Of a stretch of 64,000 nucleotides of DNA, positions 42,625 through 51,959 are shown piece after piece. The stretch is from Myxococcota bacterium (GTDB lineage: Bacteria; Myxococcota_A; UBA9160; UBA6930). Location of the stretch: contig OZ245015.1 of the NCBI GenBank assembly GCA_965223705.1, positions 1,376,001 to 1,440,000 of the forward strand, in the 5' to 3' direction. Every line of letters begins with the position of its first letter. Within the stretch, counting starts at the first letter, position 1. Under the pieces are notes generated by a model. That model did no database searches, was not told where the DNA came from, and saw only the letters and a list, made by a program, of their open reading frames with translations. The position numbers and the translations under genes were made by a program.

Positions 42625-44576
42625 TAGCGCATGTACTTGACGGTCTCGTACGTGGCGAAGGTCTGGGCGGATAGCTCCGCCGCCACTTCGGGCTCGGCGG
42701 CGACTAGGTTGTCGCGCGCGTTCTCACTGTAGATGCGATGCAGCGAAGGCTTCGTTCCGTCGTGCTGGACGGTGAAGTAATACTCGTCCGTCACGAGACC
42801 GAGCAGCGGACCGTGCCCTTGGCCGGTGATGGTGAACGCGTACCGCGGCCCCCTCTCGGGCTCGAGCAAGCTCTGACCGAGTGTTGTCGCGATACCTCCC
42901 ACGCCGGCCAAGTCGACCAGCGTCGGCATGAGGTCGACCGTGCTTCCGATGCGGTCGCTTTCGCCGGGCGCGATCCATTTGGGCCCGTATAAAACGAGGG
43001 GCACGTGGTAGCGCGTGAGTCGAAGCTGATCTTCTCCCGCCGGCCGATGTCGTGTCGACGCCGGCGATCCGTGATCGCCAAAGAACGCAAAGATCGTGTC
43101 GTCGAAATACCCTTCACGGCGCGCGGCTTCGAAGAACCAGCCCAGGCTGTGGTCCATCAGTCGCATCCCGTCGTACTCCGCGACGGTGTCGAAACCGTGG
43201 GGAACGACTTCGGAATCCGTCAGGTTCGAAGGTTCGAAACCTCGGCTGTCTTCGGGGATCGTAAACGGCTTGTGGTTTCCCGCGGTGTGGATGAAGGCGA
43301 CGAAAGGTTCTTCGGTTTCGCGCAGGACGCGATTCGCCTCTTCGAACAAGTGGAGGTCGCTGATCCCCCACACATCGACGCGGGGCGAGCTGTAATCGCC
43401 TTCTTCGTAGATACGGGCGCCCGGGATGTTGTGTTGGAGGAGCGCCCGAATGTTCGCCCAGCTCGCGCTCCCGCCCAAGAAATAGAATTTCTCGTACCCG
43501 CGAAACGCGTTGTAGAGGGTGTGTTGCTCGACGATCAAGGGGTTTCGGGTGGAGGTCTTCGAGGGTTCGACGTCCGGTAGCCCGGTGAACGCTGCGAACA
43601 CAGCTCGCGCCGTCCCACCGTGGGGCGCGTAGAATCGTCGGAACAGCATGCCGTCTCGCGCGATGGCATCGAGGTTCGGCGAGGGATCGAGTGCGTTGCC
43701 GGAGAAGCCGGTCTTGTAGTACGCGAGGGATTCGAGCAACACGATGACGACGTTCGGCTTGCCTTCGCGCTGCCCGCTCGATTCGACTGGACGCCGGTAG
43801 TTGAGCTCGGAAGCGTCGCGGCCGGGAACCTCCAGGTAGCCCGACATCCGCGGGTACATCGCTCGTGCGGTGTCGACGTCGAATTCGACGGTTCGATTCT
43901 TCACCGTGTCGAGGAAATAGAGCGCGGGGTTCAGGGCGACGGCGGAAGCGAACTCGTGCGTTGAGAAGAACGCGTCGCTCCAACGCAGCGGATAGTAGGA
44001 GAGCTTGCCGTAGATCCCGCCGGCGAAGATGAGCACGCCCAGAGCGGCCGCTGTGAGCTGCGCATTGCGGCTCGCTCGCGCCGCACCGGCCACGGGAAGG
44101 GTTCGCTTGAGGAGGACGACGTAGAGACCCGTGAGAGCTGCGACGCCCAGCAGTGCAGGCACTACGGGGTAGCTCTCCCAAAGCACGCCGAAGCTCTCGC
44201 GCGGGTTGTGGAGAAAGCGGAGTGAGGACGCATCGAGGCGCGCAGCGAGATAGCCGTAGTGACCCAGGTCGAAACCGTGGACAAGGGTGAGCAGCACCGT
44301 CGCCACCGCGAGATAAGCGATCGACCAAGTTCGCGGTCGTCCCGGGTGCGCGGGGTTCCAGCGCGGAACTGCGCCGATGAGCGCCAACGGAACGTGGATG
44401 CACAACAACAAGCGGAGGTCGAATTTCGCCCCGATGTAGAACGCCTCGAGGATGGAACGGCCGGGTGCGGGATCGAGCGGGTCGCGGAAGATCCACCAGA
44501 ACGCCGCGCGGAAGAGGCCGAGCAGGATCCACTGGATCAAGAGGCTCGTCGCGAGAAAGCGGAGGAGGGATGTCAC
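42564..44576 (-). CDS. LTA synthase (LtaS)-family membrane sulfatase-fold protein
   Basis: About five N-terminal TM helices, PNVVIVLLES, GGT (catalytic Thr), NHKPF, FGDHG, STVDLMPT. Confidence 0.88.
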   Translation of the reverse strand: MTSLLRFLATSLLIQWILLGLFRAAFWWIFRDPLDPAPGRSILEAFYIGAKFDLRLLLCIHVPLALIGAVPRWNPAHPGRPRTWSIAYLAVATVLLTLVHGFDLGHYGYLAARLDASSLRFLHNPRESFGVLWESYPVVPALLGVAALTGLYVVLLKRTLPVAGAARASRNAQLTAAALGVLIFAGGIYGKLSYYPLRWSDAFFSTHEFASAVALNPALYFLDTVKNRTVEFDVDTARAMYPRMSGYLEVPGRDASELNYRRPVESSGQREGKPNVVIVLLESLAYYKTGFSGNALDPSPNLDAIARDGMLFRRFYAPHGGTARAVFAAFTGLPDVEPSKTSTRNPLIVEQHTLYNAFRGYEKFYFLGGSASWANIRALLQHNIPGARIYEEGDYSSPRVDVWGISDLHLFEEANRVLRETEEPFVAFIHTAGNHKPFTIPEDSRGFEPSNLTDSEVVPHGFDTVAEYDGMRLMDHSLGWFFEAARREGYFDDTIFAFFGDHGSPASTRHRPAGEDQLRLTRYHVPLVLYGPKWIAPGESDRIGSTVDLMPTLVDLAGVGGIATTLGQSLLEPERGPRYAFTITGQGHGPLLGLVTDEYYFTVQHDGTKPSLHRIYSENARDNLVAAEPEVAAELSAQTFATYETVKYMRYHNRPLGLSEASRVSASGSE

Positions 44577-44595
44577 GATGTGAGGACGCGGAACG

Positions 44596-45198
44596 CTAGG
44601 GAAGCGCCTCGGCGCTGGCGTAGCGCCGCTCGTAGTCGAGGACCATGCGTCCACGCTCATCGTTCCTGCCGAAGCTTCCGAGTCCCGAACGCCAGAACGC
44701 GGATTGGCGCGCATCTTCCGGGGACCAGCCTTCGAACTCGATGCGATAGAACGCCTCGAACAGGGACGAGCGTCCGACCCCGTGCTTGCAGTGGATCAGG
44801 ACCGGCCAGTTGTCCTCGTCCCGCAGTTCGGCCATCACTTCGTCGACGATTTCCGGTTCCGGCGTGATGCCCGACGGGATGCTCAAGTGGCGGATTCCCG
44901 CGCCTTCCAGCGCTTCGCGTTCGCGCCGGACGTCGTCTCGCGGCGTCCGGAGATCGATTACCGTCCGGATCCCGTATTCGCGGGCCTTCGAAACGACCCG
45001 GTCCGGAGACATCGACGCGGAGCGGTAGAGCCGACCTTCGGCAACAGTGAGGAAGCGCTGCTCGACCTGGACCCAGTACTGATAGGGTGCCGCGATGAGG
45101 GCCAAGGCCAAGCCGGCCCACTTGAGGCGCCGGAACCAGGGTGAGCGGCGGGCGACCTGCCATCGGTCCGAAAGAGATCGGGGGGGTGTTTCCGTCAC
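44596..45198 (-). CDS. Cys-based (PTP/dual-specificity) phosphatase with N-terminal TM/signal
   Basis: LYRSA, IRTVIDLR, P-loop IHCKHGVGRS. Confidence 0.85.
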   Translation of the reverse strand: MTETPPRSLSDRWQVARRSPWFRRLKWAGLALALIAAPYQYWVQVEQRFLTVAEGRLYRSASMSPDRVVSKAREYGIRTVIDLRTPRDDVRREREALEGAGIRHLSIPSGITPEPEIVDEVMAELRDEDNWPVLIHCKHGVGRSSLFEAFYRIEFEGWSPEDARQSAFWRSGLGSFGRNDERGRMVLDYERRYASAEALP

Positions 45199-45262
45199 GT
45201 TTTGCCTCTTCTTCGCAGGTTCGAGGGGTCGGAGCTTTCTAGCATCTCACAGGGGCAGAGGG

Positions 45263-45637
45263 CTACGCGAAGCTTCGGCCGAGCGCTGCGCCGGCGAAGA
45301 CCGCCAAAAGGCCCAAGCCGAGATTGCCCACACCGTTGGCGGCCGCCAAACCGGGGTAGCCCGCTTCGAGCAGTCGGAAGGTGTCGAGTCCAAAAGCCGA
45401 GAACGTAGTGAGACCCCCAAGCAACCCGCCCTGGAGGGCCGCTCGCGTCGCCGGAGCCAGAGCGAACCGCGCGTCGGCGGTCGCCGCGAGCACCCCGATC
45501 GCGAAGCAACCCACGGTGTTCACCACGAGCACTCCCCAGGGGAAGGTGCCTTGCGCCCGAAATGCGAGCCCTTCGATCACTGCGATGCGAGCCACCGCGC
45601 CGATTCCGCCCGCCAGAAAGATCCACCACCAAGTCAC
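45263..45637 (-). CDS. crcB: Fluoride channel FluC/CrcB
   Basis: GG.GA..R, FPWG.L.VN..G, G.LGGLTTFSAF. Confidence 0.93.
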   Translation of the reverse strand: MTWWWIFLAGGIGAVARIAVIEGLAFRAQGTFPWGVLVVNTVGCFAIGVLAATADARFALAPATRAALQGGLLGGLTTFSAFGLDTFRLLEAGYPGLAAANGVGNLGLGLLAVFAGAALGRSFA

Positions 45638-45655
45638 CGCCCGAACCTAGCCCGA

Positions 45656-45684
45656 TTGACGGGGACGTTCCCCCGCGTTAACCA
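45656..45684 (+). promoter_or_regulatory. Putative sigma70-type promoter of tRNA-Cys
   Basis: TTGACG-N17-TAACCA, 11 nt before the tRNA; -10 is imperfect. Confidence 0.4.
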
Positions 45685-45695
45685 CGCCCATCTTC

Positions 45696-45769
45696 GGCGC
45701 CGTAGCCAAGTGGTAAGGCACGGGACTGCAAATCCCTGATCCCCGGTTCAAATCCGGGCGGCGCCTCCA
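45696..45769 (+). tRNA. tRNA-Cys (GCA)
   Basis: GGCGCCG/CGGCGCC acceptor, CTGCAAA anticodon loop, GGTTCAAATCC, TCCA end. Confidence 0.97.
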
Positions 45770-46218
45770 ACCGCGCTCCCACGAACATGTTCTGCAACGA
45801 ATCCGAGAGCGTCGGAGCGAACGCCTGCGCCCCGGCTCGCGTTGCGTAGCTGTGTAGAGGGCTAAACGCTACGAACGCTTGCCGGGGTGAGAGGAAGGGG
45901 AGTGGCTGGTGGTCTTCGAGGCGAGCGGCCTGACGATCGATTCGTTCGAGACCGTCACGCCGGGCGGGGCAGACTGCGACGGTCTCAGTACGGCACTTGG
46001 GTTCGACGCTCAGTGCGCGTTAATGCCGCTCGTGTCGAGTGCCGTCGTGGCTCGGGTGACGCTGACGGCGACGAACGTCGGCGGGACGCTGTCGCCTGCG
46101 GGTGGCGACGTGACCGACTTCGACACGCTCGAAGTCCTCGCGTTCGGCCGGAGCCTCCGCGTTTTCCGCCTCCGCGGTGCCGCGCTAGCGTCGGCTCCTG
46201 ACACGAGGGAGCACCGCT

Positions 46219-46584
46219 ATGGGCACGCGACGCCACTACCGCTGGGAAGACCTTCCGAAAGAGGAGCTCAGCCCCGAGATCGATCGTCGGCTGATCACGG
46301 GCGACGACCTGATGCTGGCCCACGTCTATCTCAAGAAAGGAGCGCTGGTTCCCCAGCATCAGCACGAGAACGAGCAGGTGACCTACATCCTCGAGGGAGC
46401 GCTCCAGTTCTTCCTCGGCGCCGACGAGTCCGAGGTCGTGACCGTTTCCGCGGGTGAGGTGCTGCACATTCCGAGCAACCAGCCGCACAAAGCGATCGCT
46501 CTCGAAGACACGCTCGACGTCGATATTTTTACACCGCCGCGCCAGGACTGGCTGGACGGCACCGACGACTATCTCCGGCGTTAG
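46219..46584 (+). CDS. Cupin domain protein
   Basis: PQHQHENEQ..Y...G, GE...IP...PH, DIFTPPR. Confidence 0.9.
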   Translation: MGTRRHYRWEDLPKEELSPEIDRRLITGDDLMLAHVYLKKGALVPQHQHENEQVTYILEGALQFFLGADESEVVTVSAGEVLHIPSNQPHKAIALEDTLDVDIFTPPRQDWLDGTDDYLRR

Positions 46585-46596
46585 GGAGGGCTCGCA

Positions 46597-47583
46597 GTGA
46601 TGATGTCTCTCGCGCGATGGTTGACGATCTTGGCGGCTTTGTTTGCGACGGGTTCACTTGCCGACGAAGTGGAAGCTCCGTGGAAGTGGACCGAAGACGA
46701 GATGCGGGAGCGCATCGGTCGCGTACGGGCCGGGCGCGACTTGACGCCACCGTCTTGGCCCGGTGGAGCACGCGTCGCGGTGGGCCTCTCGTTCGACGTC
46801 GATACCGAGCCGGTATGGATCGGGATGGTCGGCCAACTGACGCCTTCCTATATGTCGCGCGGCGAGTACGGTTCCCGCGCCGGCTTCCGCAGGGTGATGG
46901 AGCTCCTCGACGAGGAGAAGATCGACGCGACGTTCTTCATTCCGGCCGCGACCTACATGCTGCACCAAAACGTGGCGGACGCGCTCAAAGCGCGAACCCG
47001 GCACGAAGTGGGGTTTCACTCATTCATTCACGAGAACCCGCTGAAGCTCGACGCCGCAGAAGAGCGCGCCGTCTACGAGAAAGCCATCGATTACGTAACG
47101 AAGGCCGTGGGCCGCCGGCCGGTGGGTTTCCGGTCCGCGGCGTGGGACTTGTCCGGAGCGACGGTCGATATCGTTCGCGATCTGGGGTTCCTATACGACA
47201 GCAGCTTGATGGCGGACGACTCGCCCTACGAGCTCATCGTCGACGGGAAAGAAACTTCCTTGGTCGAGCTCCCGGTGGAGTGGATACTCGACGACTGGCC
47301 CTATTTTCAGTTGGCGTGGTCGGCGAACCTCCACGGACTGCGCAATCCGGACGATGTCTATGCGATCTGGAAGTCCGAGTTCGATGAGGCCTACAAAGAG
47401 GGCGGGACGTTCATCCTGACGATGCACCCACAGGTGATCGGCCATCGGCACCGGATGGCAATGCTGCGACGCTTGGTTACTTATATGAAGGGCCGCGAAG
47501 GCGTGTGGTTCGCGACCCATGAAGCCATCGTGCGACACGCGCTCGCGGAAGATGCGAAAAAGACGGCTGGGGGAGGAGATTGA
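46597..47583 (+). CDS. Exported polysaccharide deacetylase family (CE4, PuuE/PgdA-like) protein
   Basis: Signal peptide, SFDVD, GEYG, ATFFIP, HSFIH, GFRS, YDSS, DDWPYF, TMHP. Confidence 0.88.
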   Translation: MMMSLARWLTILAALFATGSLADEVEAPWKWTEDEMRERIGRVRAGRDLTPPSWPGGARVAVGLSFDVDTEPVWIGMVGQLTPSYMSRGEYGSRAGFRRVMELLDEEKIDATFFIPAATYMLHQNVADALKARTRHEVGFHSFIHENPLKLDAAEERAVYEKAIDYVTKAVGRRPVGFRSAAWDLSGATVDIVRDLGFLYDSSLMADDSPYELIVDGKETSLVELPVEWILDDWPYFQLAWSANLHGLRNPDDVYAIWKSEFDEAYKEGGTFILTMHPQVIGHRHRMAMLRRLVTYMKGREGVWFATHEAIVRHALAEDAKKTAGGGD

Positions 47584-47585
47584 TC

Positions 47586-48449
47586 ATGGGCTCTTATCGA
47601 CACGTCGCCGCGTTGGGGCTCGCGTTCGTCGTTCTGGTGTTCGCCGGTGCGACACGTGCGGAGTCTCCGGCGGGGATGAAGCTCTATCAAGTGAAGAGCG
47701 GCAACCTCGAGCTCGACAAAGGCCTCCTCACGGCGAATCGCGACCCGGGCAAGCGGATCAAAGTGCCCGTCGCGATGTACATCATCGAGCATCCACGGGG
47801 CGTCGTCGTGTTCGATACGGGGAACGCCGACGACGTTTCCGACGGAAACTGCGCCTCCTACTGGGGTGCCAGCATTTGCAACGGCTTGATTCCCGACCAA
47901 ACCCGCGATCAGGTCATCGATCGTTGGCTCGCCAAGTTCGGATACAAGGTCGAGCAAGTGACTCACGTCGTGTACTCGCACTTTCATCTCGATCACGCCG
48001 GCAACATCGAGCTCTTCCCGAACGCCACCCATGTCGTGCAGAAAGAAGAACTCAAGGCGGCCTGGTGGCCGGAGAAGTGGCAAGCCGGCGCTTTCGTGAT
48101 GAAGGATTACGACGAGAGTCGGGACTTCAACTTTCTCGAGCTGAGCGGAGATTTCGATCTCTTCGCCGACGGCTCGATCGTGGTGCTCGATACGAAGGGG
48201 CACACCCAGGGTCATCAGTCACTCTTGGTACGACTTCCCAAGACGGGGAGTCTCGTTCTCGCCGCGGACGCCGTCTACACCCCGGAGAACGAAGCGGGTG
48301 TCATCCCGGGAATCTCGTGGAACACGTTCGAATCGATGGAATCGATCAATCGGTTGAAGCGAATCCGCGACGCAGAGGGCGGGGAGCTCTGGTACAGCCA
48401 TCACATGCCCCAGTACGACGCCCACAAGCACGACGCGCCGTACGAATAG
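47586..48449 (+). CDS. Exported MBL-fold hydrolase, N-acyl homoserine lactonase (AiiA/AttM)-like
   Basis: Signal peptide, FDTG, SHFHLDHAG, DLF.DG, GHTQGHQSL, AADAVY. Confidence 0.85.
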   Translation: MGSYRHVAALGLAFVVLVFAGATRAESPAGMKLYQVKSGNLELDKGLLTANRDPGKRIKVPVAMYIIEHPRGVVVFDTGNADDVSDGNCASYWGASICNGLIPDQTRDQVIDRWLAKFGYKVEQVTHVVYSHFHLDHAGNIELFPNATHVVQKEELKAAWWPEKWQAGAFVMKDYDESRDFNFLELSGDFDLFADGSIVVLDTKGHTQGHQSLLVRLPKTGSLVLAADAVYTPENEAGVIPGISWNTFESMESINRLKRIRDAEGGELWYSHHMPQYDAHKHDAPYE

Positions 48450-48479
48450 TCACGCGCTGACGCGCGCCGCAGACCCCCG

Positions 48480-49391
48480 ATGTCCCTCGAGCTAACCGGC
48501 GTCGAGAAAAACTTCGGCGCCGAGCCGGTGCTGCGGGGCGTGTCGTTGCGTGTCGAAGCCGGCGAACTGACGGCGCTACTCGGCGCAAACGGCAGCGGAA
48601 AAACGACGACGCTCCGAATCGCGGCGGGTTTCCTGCACCCCGATACCGGCACGGTGCGCATCGACGGAGAGGAGCTCGCTTCACATCCCGAGCTTGCGGC
48701 ACGGATCGGCTACTTGCCCGAGCGCCCGCCTCTCTACGACGCGTTGACGGTGAAGGCGTTTCTGCGCTTCGTCGCGCGGGCAAAGTCCGTCCCCGCCGCC
48801 AAGCAGCGCAGCGCGATCTCCAAGGTCGCTGAGGCTTGCGCGCTCGGTCCCCTGCTGGCGAAACGCATCGGACGCTTGTCGAAAGGGCAGCGACAGCGGG
48901 TCGGGCTGGCCCAAGCACTCCTCGCAGATCCGGCGGTGCTGCTTCTCGACGAAGCGACCAGCGGGCTCGATCCGCTCCAGGTTCACGAAGCGCGCGCCAC
49001 GATTCGCGACGACAGTGAAAAGCGCGCGACACTCTTTAGCACCCACCTCCTCGGTGAGGCCGCGGCACTTTGCTCGCGCGTCCTGGTGCTCGACAGAGGT
49101 CGCATCGCGGCTTCCCACGAGATCGGCAGCGATCGGCCATCATGGTTCGTTGCGCTGCGCGGCGTGACGCCGGAGCGCGCCGAGGCGCTGTTGCGGGAAG
49201 TTCCGGGCGTCACGGGGGTCGAATCGGTCGAGGCCGCCGCACTCGCTTTCCGTTGTGAGGCGAGGCCAGGAGAGGACGTCGCGGCGGCGCTGGCAACGGC
49301 CGTCACGGCACGAGCCGAGCTGCTCGAGTTGCGGCCGGCTCGCATCAACCTGGAGGAGGTCTTCGAACGCGCCACCGCGGGCTCCCCATGA
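48480..49391 (+). CDS. ABC transporter ATP-binding protein (GldA-like)
   Basis: GANGSGKT, GYLPE.PPLY, LSKGQRQR, LLLDE. Confidence 0.92.
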   Translation: MSLELTGVEKNFGAEPVLRGVSLRVEAGELTALLGANGSGKTTTLRIAAGFLHPDTGTVRIDGEELASHPELAARIGYLPERPPLYDALTVKAFLRFVARAKSVPAAKQRSAISKVAEACALGPLLAKRIGRLSKGQRQRVGLAQALLADPAVLLLDEATSGLDPLQVHEARATIRDDSEKRATLFSTHLLGEAAALCSRVLVLDRGRIAASHEIGSDRPSWFVALRGVTPERAEALLREVPGVTGVESVEAAALAFRCEARPGEDVAAALATAVTARAELLELRPARINLEEVFERATAGSP

Positions 49392-50101
49392 GGCGCGTTG
49401 CTGCGCTCCTCGGCAAGGAGCTCCTCCACGTCTTCGCGACGCCCATCGCATACGTCGTCGTCGCCACGTTCTGGGTCGCGGCCGGCTATTTCTTCAGCTT
49501 CGGCGTCTTCTTCGTCCGGACGCCGCACATGGTCGGGAGCTTTCACAACATGAGCATCTTGTTGTTGCTCATGGCACCGCTCCTGACCATGCGCGCTTTC
49601 GCCGAGGAGCGACGCAACGGGACCCTCGAACTCCTCTTGACCCTTCCGCTCGGCGAGGCGCGTCTCGTGTTGGCGAAGTTTCTCGCCGCCGAGGCGCTCC
49701 TCTTCCTCATGATCGCGGGGACCGGTGCCGCGGTCGTTCCTCTTGTCGCCTTCGGTAAACCCGATCTGGGCCCGATCTTGGGCGGGTACCTCGGTGTGTT
49801 CGGTCTCGGAACGTGTTTCGTGGCGATCGGTGTCGCCGCTTCGAGCTTGACGGCAAATCAAGTCGTCGCCGCCGTCGCGTCCTGGGGCGTGTTGCTCTCA
49901 CTCTGGTTCGTCGACTACGTGGCGCAGCTCGGTCTCGAGGGACCGGTGACAACCCTTGCGCGCCACCTGTCTCTGTCGCTCCACTACCGCGACCTCATCC
50001 GGGGCGTGCTTCCACTGGCGACTTTCGTCTACCTCGCGACGCTCACTGTCGGCGCGTTGCTACTCGCGACCCAGGTCCTTCGCGTGAGGAGGCTCTCGTG
50101 A
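49388..50101 (+). CDS. ABC-2 permease (GldF-like)
   Basis: KEL...F.TPIAY, TMR.FAEERRNGTLELL.T.P, LAKF, S.LT.NQ. Confidence 0.9.
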   Translation: MRRVAALLGKELLHVFATPIAYVVVATFWVAAGYFFSFGVFFVRTPHMVGSFHNMSILLLLMAPLLTMRAFAEERRNGTLELLLTLPLGEARLVLAKFLAAEALLFLMIAGTGAAVVPLVAFGKPDLGPILGGYLGVFGLGTCFVAIGVAASSLTANQVVAAVASWGVLLSLWFVDYVAQLGLEGPVTTLARHLSLSLHYRDLIRGVLPLATFVYLATLTVGALLLATQVLRVRRLS

Positions 50102-51447
50102 AAGTCCGCTTCGGGCTGTTCCTCCCCATCGCCGCATGGTTGCTGGCGAGCATCGCCGCAAGCTTGTGGGCCACGCGTTACCCAGCGCGCCTCGATCTCA
50201 CACGTCACAACGTCTACTCGCTTTCCGAAGCGTCTCGGGAGATCGCGGCGGCCGTTCCACGGCCGGTCGAGATCACGTTCTTTCACGACGCGCGAAGTCA
50301 GGCGATGCGCGACGCGCGGCATCTGCTCGAACAACTCGCCGCCGCGTCTTCCAAGATCACCCTACGGGTGTCCGATCCGGTCAAGCACCCCGCGCTCGCC
50401 GAAGCCTTCGACGTTCGCTTCGCCGGCACGACCGTTCTCGATTCAGGGGGGCGCCGTGTCACGGTATACGGCGCGACGGAAACGGAGTTCGTCAACGGGC
50501 TCATCCGCGCAACGCGCTCCGGTGCGGTCCGGCTTTGTGCGACGACGGGTCACGTTGAAAGCGATCCCTATAGTCTCGAATCGCACGATCACAGCGAGGC
50601 CGGGGGCCACGCGCATCACGACCACTCTAGCGGGGGTCGCGCGCTCCGAATTCACGAACGACACGGGCTCGGTATGGCTCGACGCGCCCTCGAAACGCTG
50701 GGCTACACGGTCGAAGACCGGCGACTCACGGAAGGGGAGGAGCCCCTGCGAGGCTGCTCCATCGCGCTCGTGGCGTCGCCCCAAGTGCGGTTCTTGCCCG
50801 AGGAAGTCGCCCACCTGGAGCGTTTTCTCGCGGCAGGCCACGGCGCGCTGTTGTTGCTCGAGCCCGGAATCGAGTCCGGGCTCGAGTCGATCTTGGCGAA
50901 CTACGGGCTCGAGCTGTCGACAACGCCGGTTCGCGATCCCGCGCGCCACTACGGAACCGACCCCGCGACCCCGGCGGTGTCGGATTACCCCCGGCACCGA
51001 ATCACCCGGAACTTGCCGCTCACGTTCTTTCCCGGTGTCGCGGCGCTCGCGCCCACCGACAACTATCGGGAGCAACGGGTGTCGGTGGCACCCTTGCTCG
51101 AGTCGAGCCCAGAATCGCGTCTCGCCGGAGACCCTGCGCCGGCGGCGCGTACCCTTGGCGTCTCGGTCCGAACAAACGACGGACGCGGCCCGATCGTCGT
51201 AACCGGAGACGGGGACTTCGCGACGAACACCTACTTCCATGTTCTCGGAAACGGTCAGCTGTTCTTGAACGCGGTCAACGCGTTAGCGGAAAACGAGGAC
51301 CTCATCGATCTCGTCCCGCGTCACTACCAGGACGCCACGATCGAACTGACGAACCGCCAAATGCTCGCCACGTTTCTGGTGGCCACCGTGGCGTTGCCCA
51401 GCGTTCTGCTTCTCATCGGCGGCTTCGTCTGGTGGCGAGGCCGGTGA
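50098..51447 (+). CDS. GldG-like ABC auxiliary component with His-rich insert
   Basis: DLT....YSLS, GHVE, VTGDGDF, GN..LFLN.VN, C-terminal TM then WWR. Confidence 0.85.
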   Translation: MKVRFGLFLPIAAWLLASIAASLWATRYPARLDLTRHNVYSLSEASREIAAAVPRPVEITFFHDARSQAMRDARHLLEQLAAASSKITLRVSDPVKHPALAEAFDVRFAGTTVLDSGGRRVTVYGATETEFVNGLIRATRSGAVRLCATTGHVESDPYSLESHDHSEAGGHAHHDHSSGGRALRIHERHGLGMARRALETLGYTVEDRRLTEGEEPLRGCSIALVASPQVRFLPEEVAHLERFLAAGHGALLLLEPGIESGLESILANYGLELSTTPVRDPARHYGTDPATPAVSDYPRHRITRNLPLTFFPGVAALAPTDNYREQRVSVAPLLESSPESRLAGDPAPAARTLGVSVRTNDGRGPIVVTGDGDFATNTYFHVLGNGQLFLNAVNALAENEDLIDLVPRHYQDATIELTNRQMLATFLVATVALPSVLLLIGGFVWWRGR

Positions 51448-51959
51448 GCGCGCGGGGCGCATCGCTCGCTTGGACGATCGTCGCTCTCGCGTCGGGGGTC
51501 GCGATCGTCGCCTGGTTTCAAACGGAGGATCGCGTTCGCGTCGAGCACGCCGCCGAAACCGAGTTGCCGCTGGTGTTTCGGATGTCGCCCTCGGAGATTT
51601 TCGCGTTCGAAGTCGAGAGCCAAACCGCGACGGAGCGCTTCGAAAGAGCCGAAAGCGGAGCGTTCGCGTCAATAGAAGTCGAAAGCGCCCTCTCGACGCT
51701 ACTGCGGGCGCGGGTCGAGAGAAGGTTTCCGCTCGATGCGGAGGCGTTGCAGCGGTTTGGGCTCGACGAGCCGGTCCTCACGGTGAGGCTCTACCGCGTC
51801 ATCGCGGAAAACGCGCTCGCGTTCACCATGGGTGATCGTTCCCCCGACGGTTTCAGCCGCTACGCGACGGTCGACGGGAGCCCCGAGATCATCACGGTCC
51901 CGGACTATCACCGAGAAAACCTCGAGCACCTACTCCACGGTGAGGAGGCGCACCACTAG
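51444..51959 (+). CDS. DUF4340-like protein
   Basis: N-terminal TM, FGL..P, G...P....Y pattern; usual position after GldG-like genes. Confidence 0.65.
   Translation: MSARGASLAWTIVALASGVAIVAWFQTEDRVRVEHAAETELPLVFRMSPSEIFAFEVESQTATERFERAESGAFASIEVESALSTLLRARVERRFPLDAEALQRFGLDEPVLTVRLYRVIAENALAFTMGDRSPDGFSRYATVDGSPEIITVPDYHRENLEHLLHGEEAHH

Noticed and set aside
45638..45695. Fluoride riboswitch upstream of crcB
   Set aside because: Only 58 nt to the divergent tRNA, occupied by promoter-like elements; crcB looks leaderless and I see no riboswitch consensus
45770..51959. Intact genomic island at tRNA-Cys
   Set aside because: No integrase or transposase, no att repeat noticed, and no obvious compositional shift by eye
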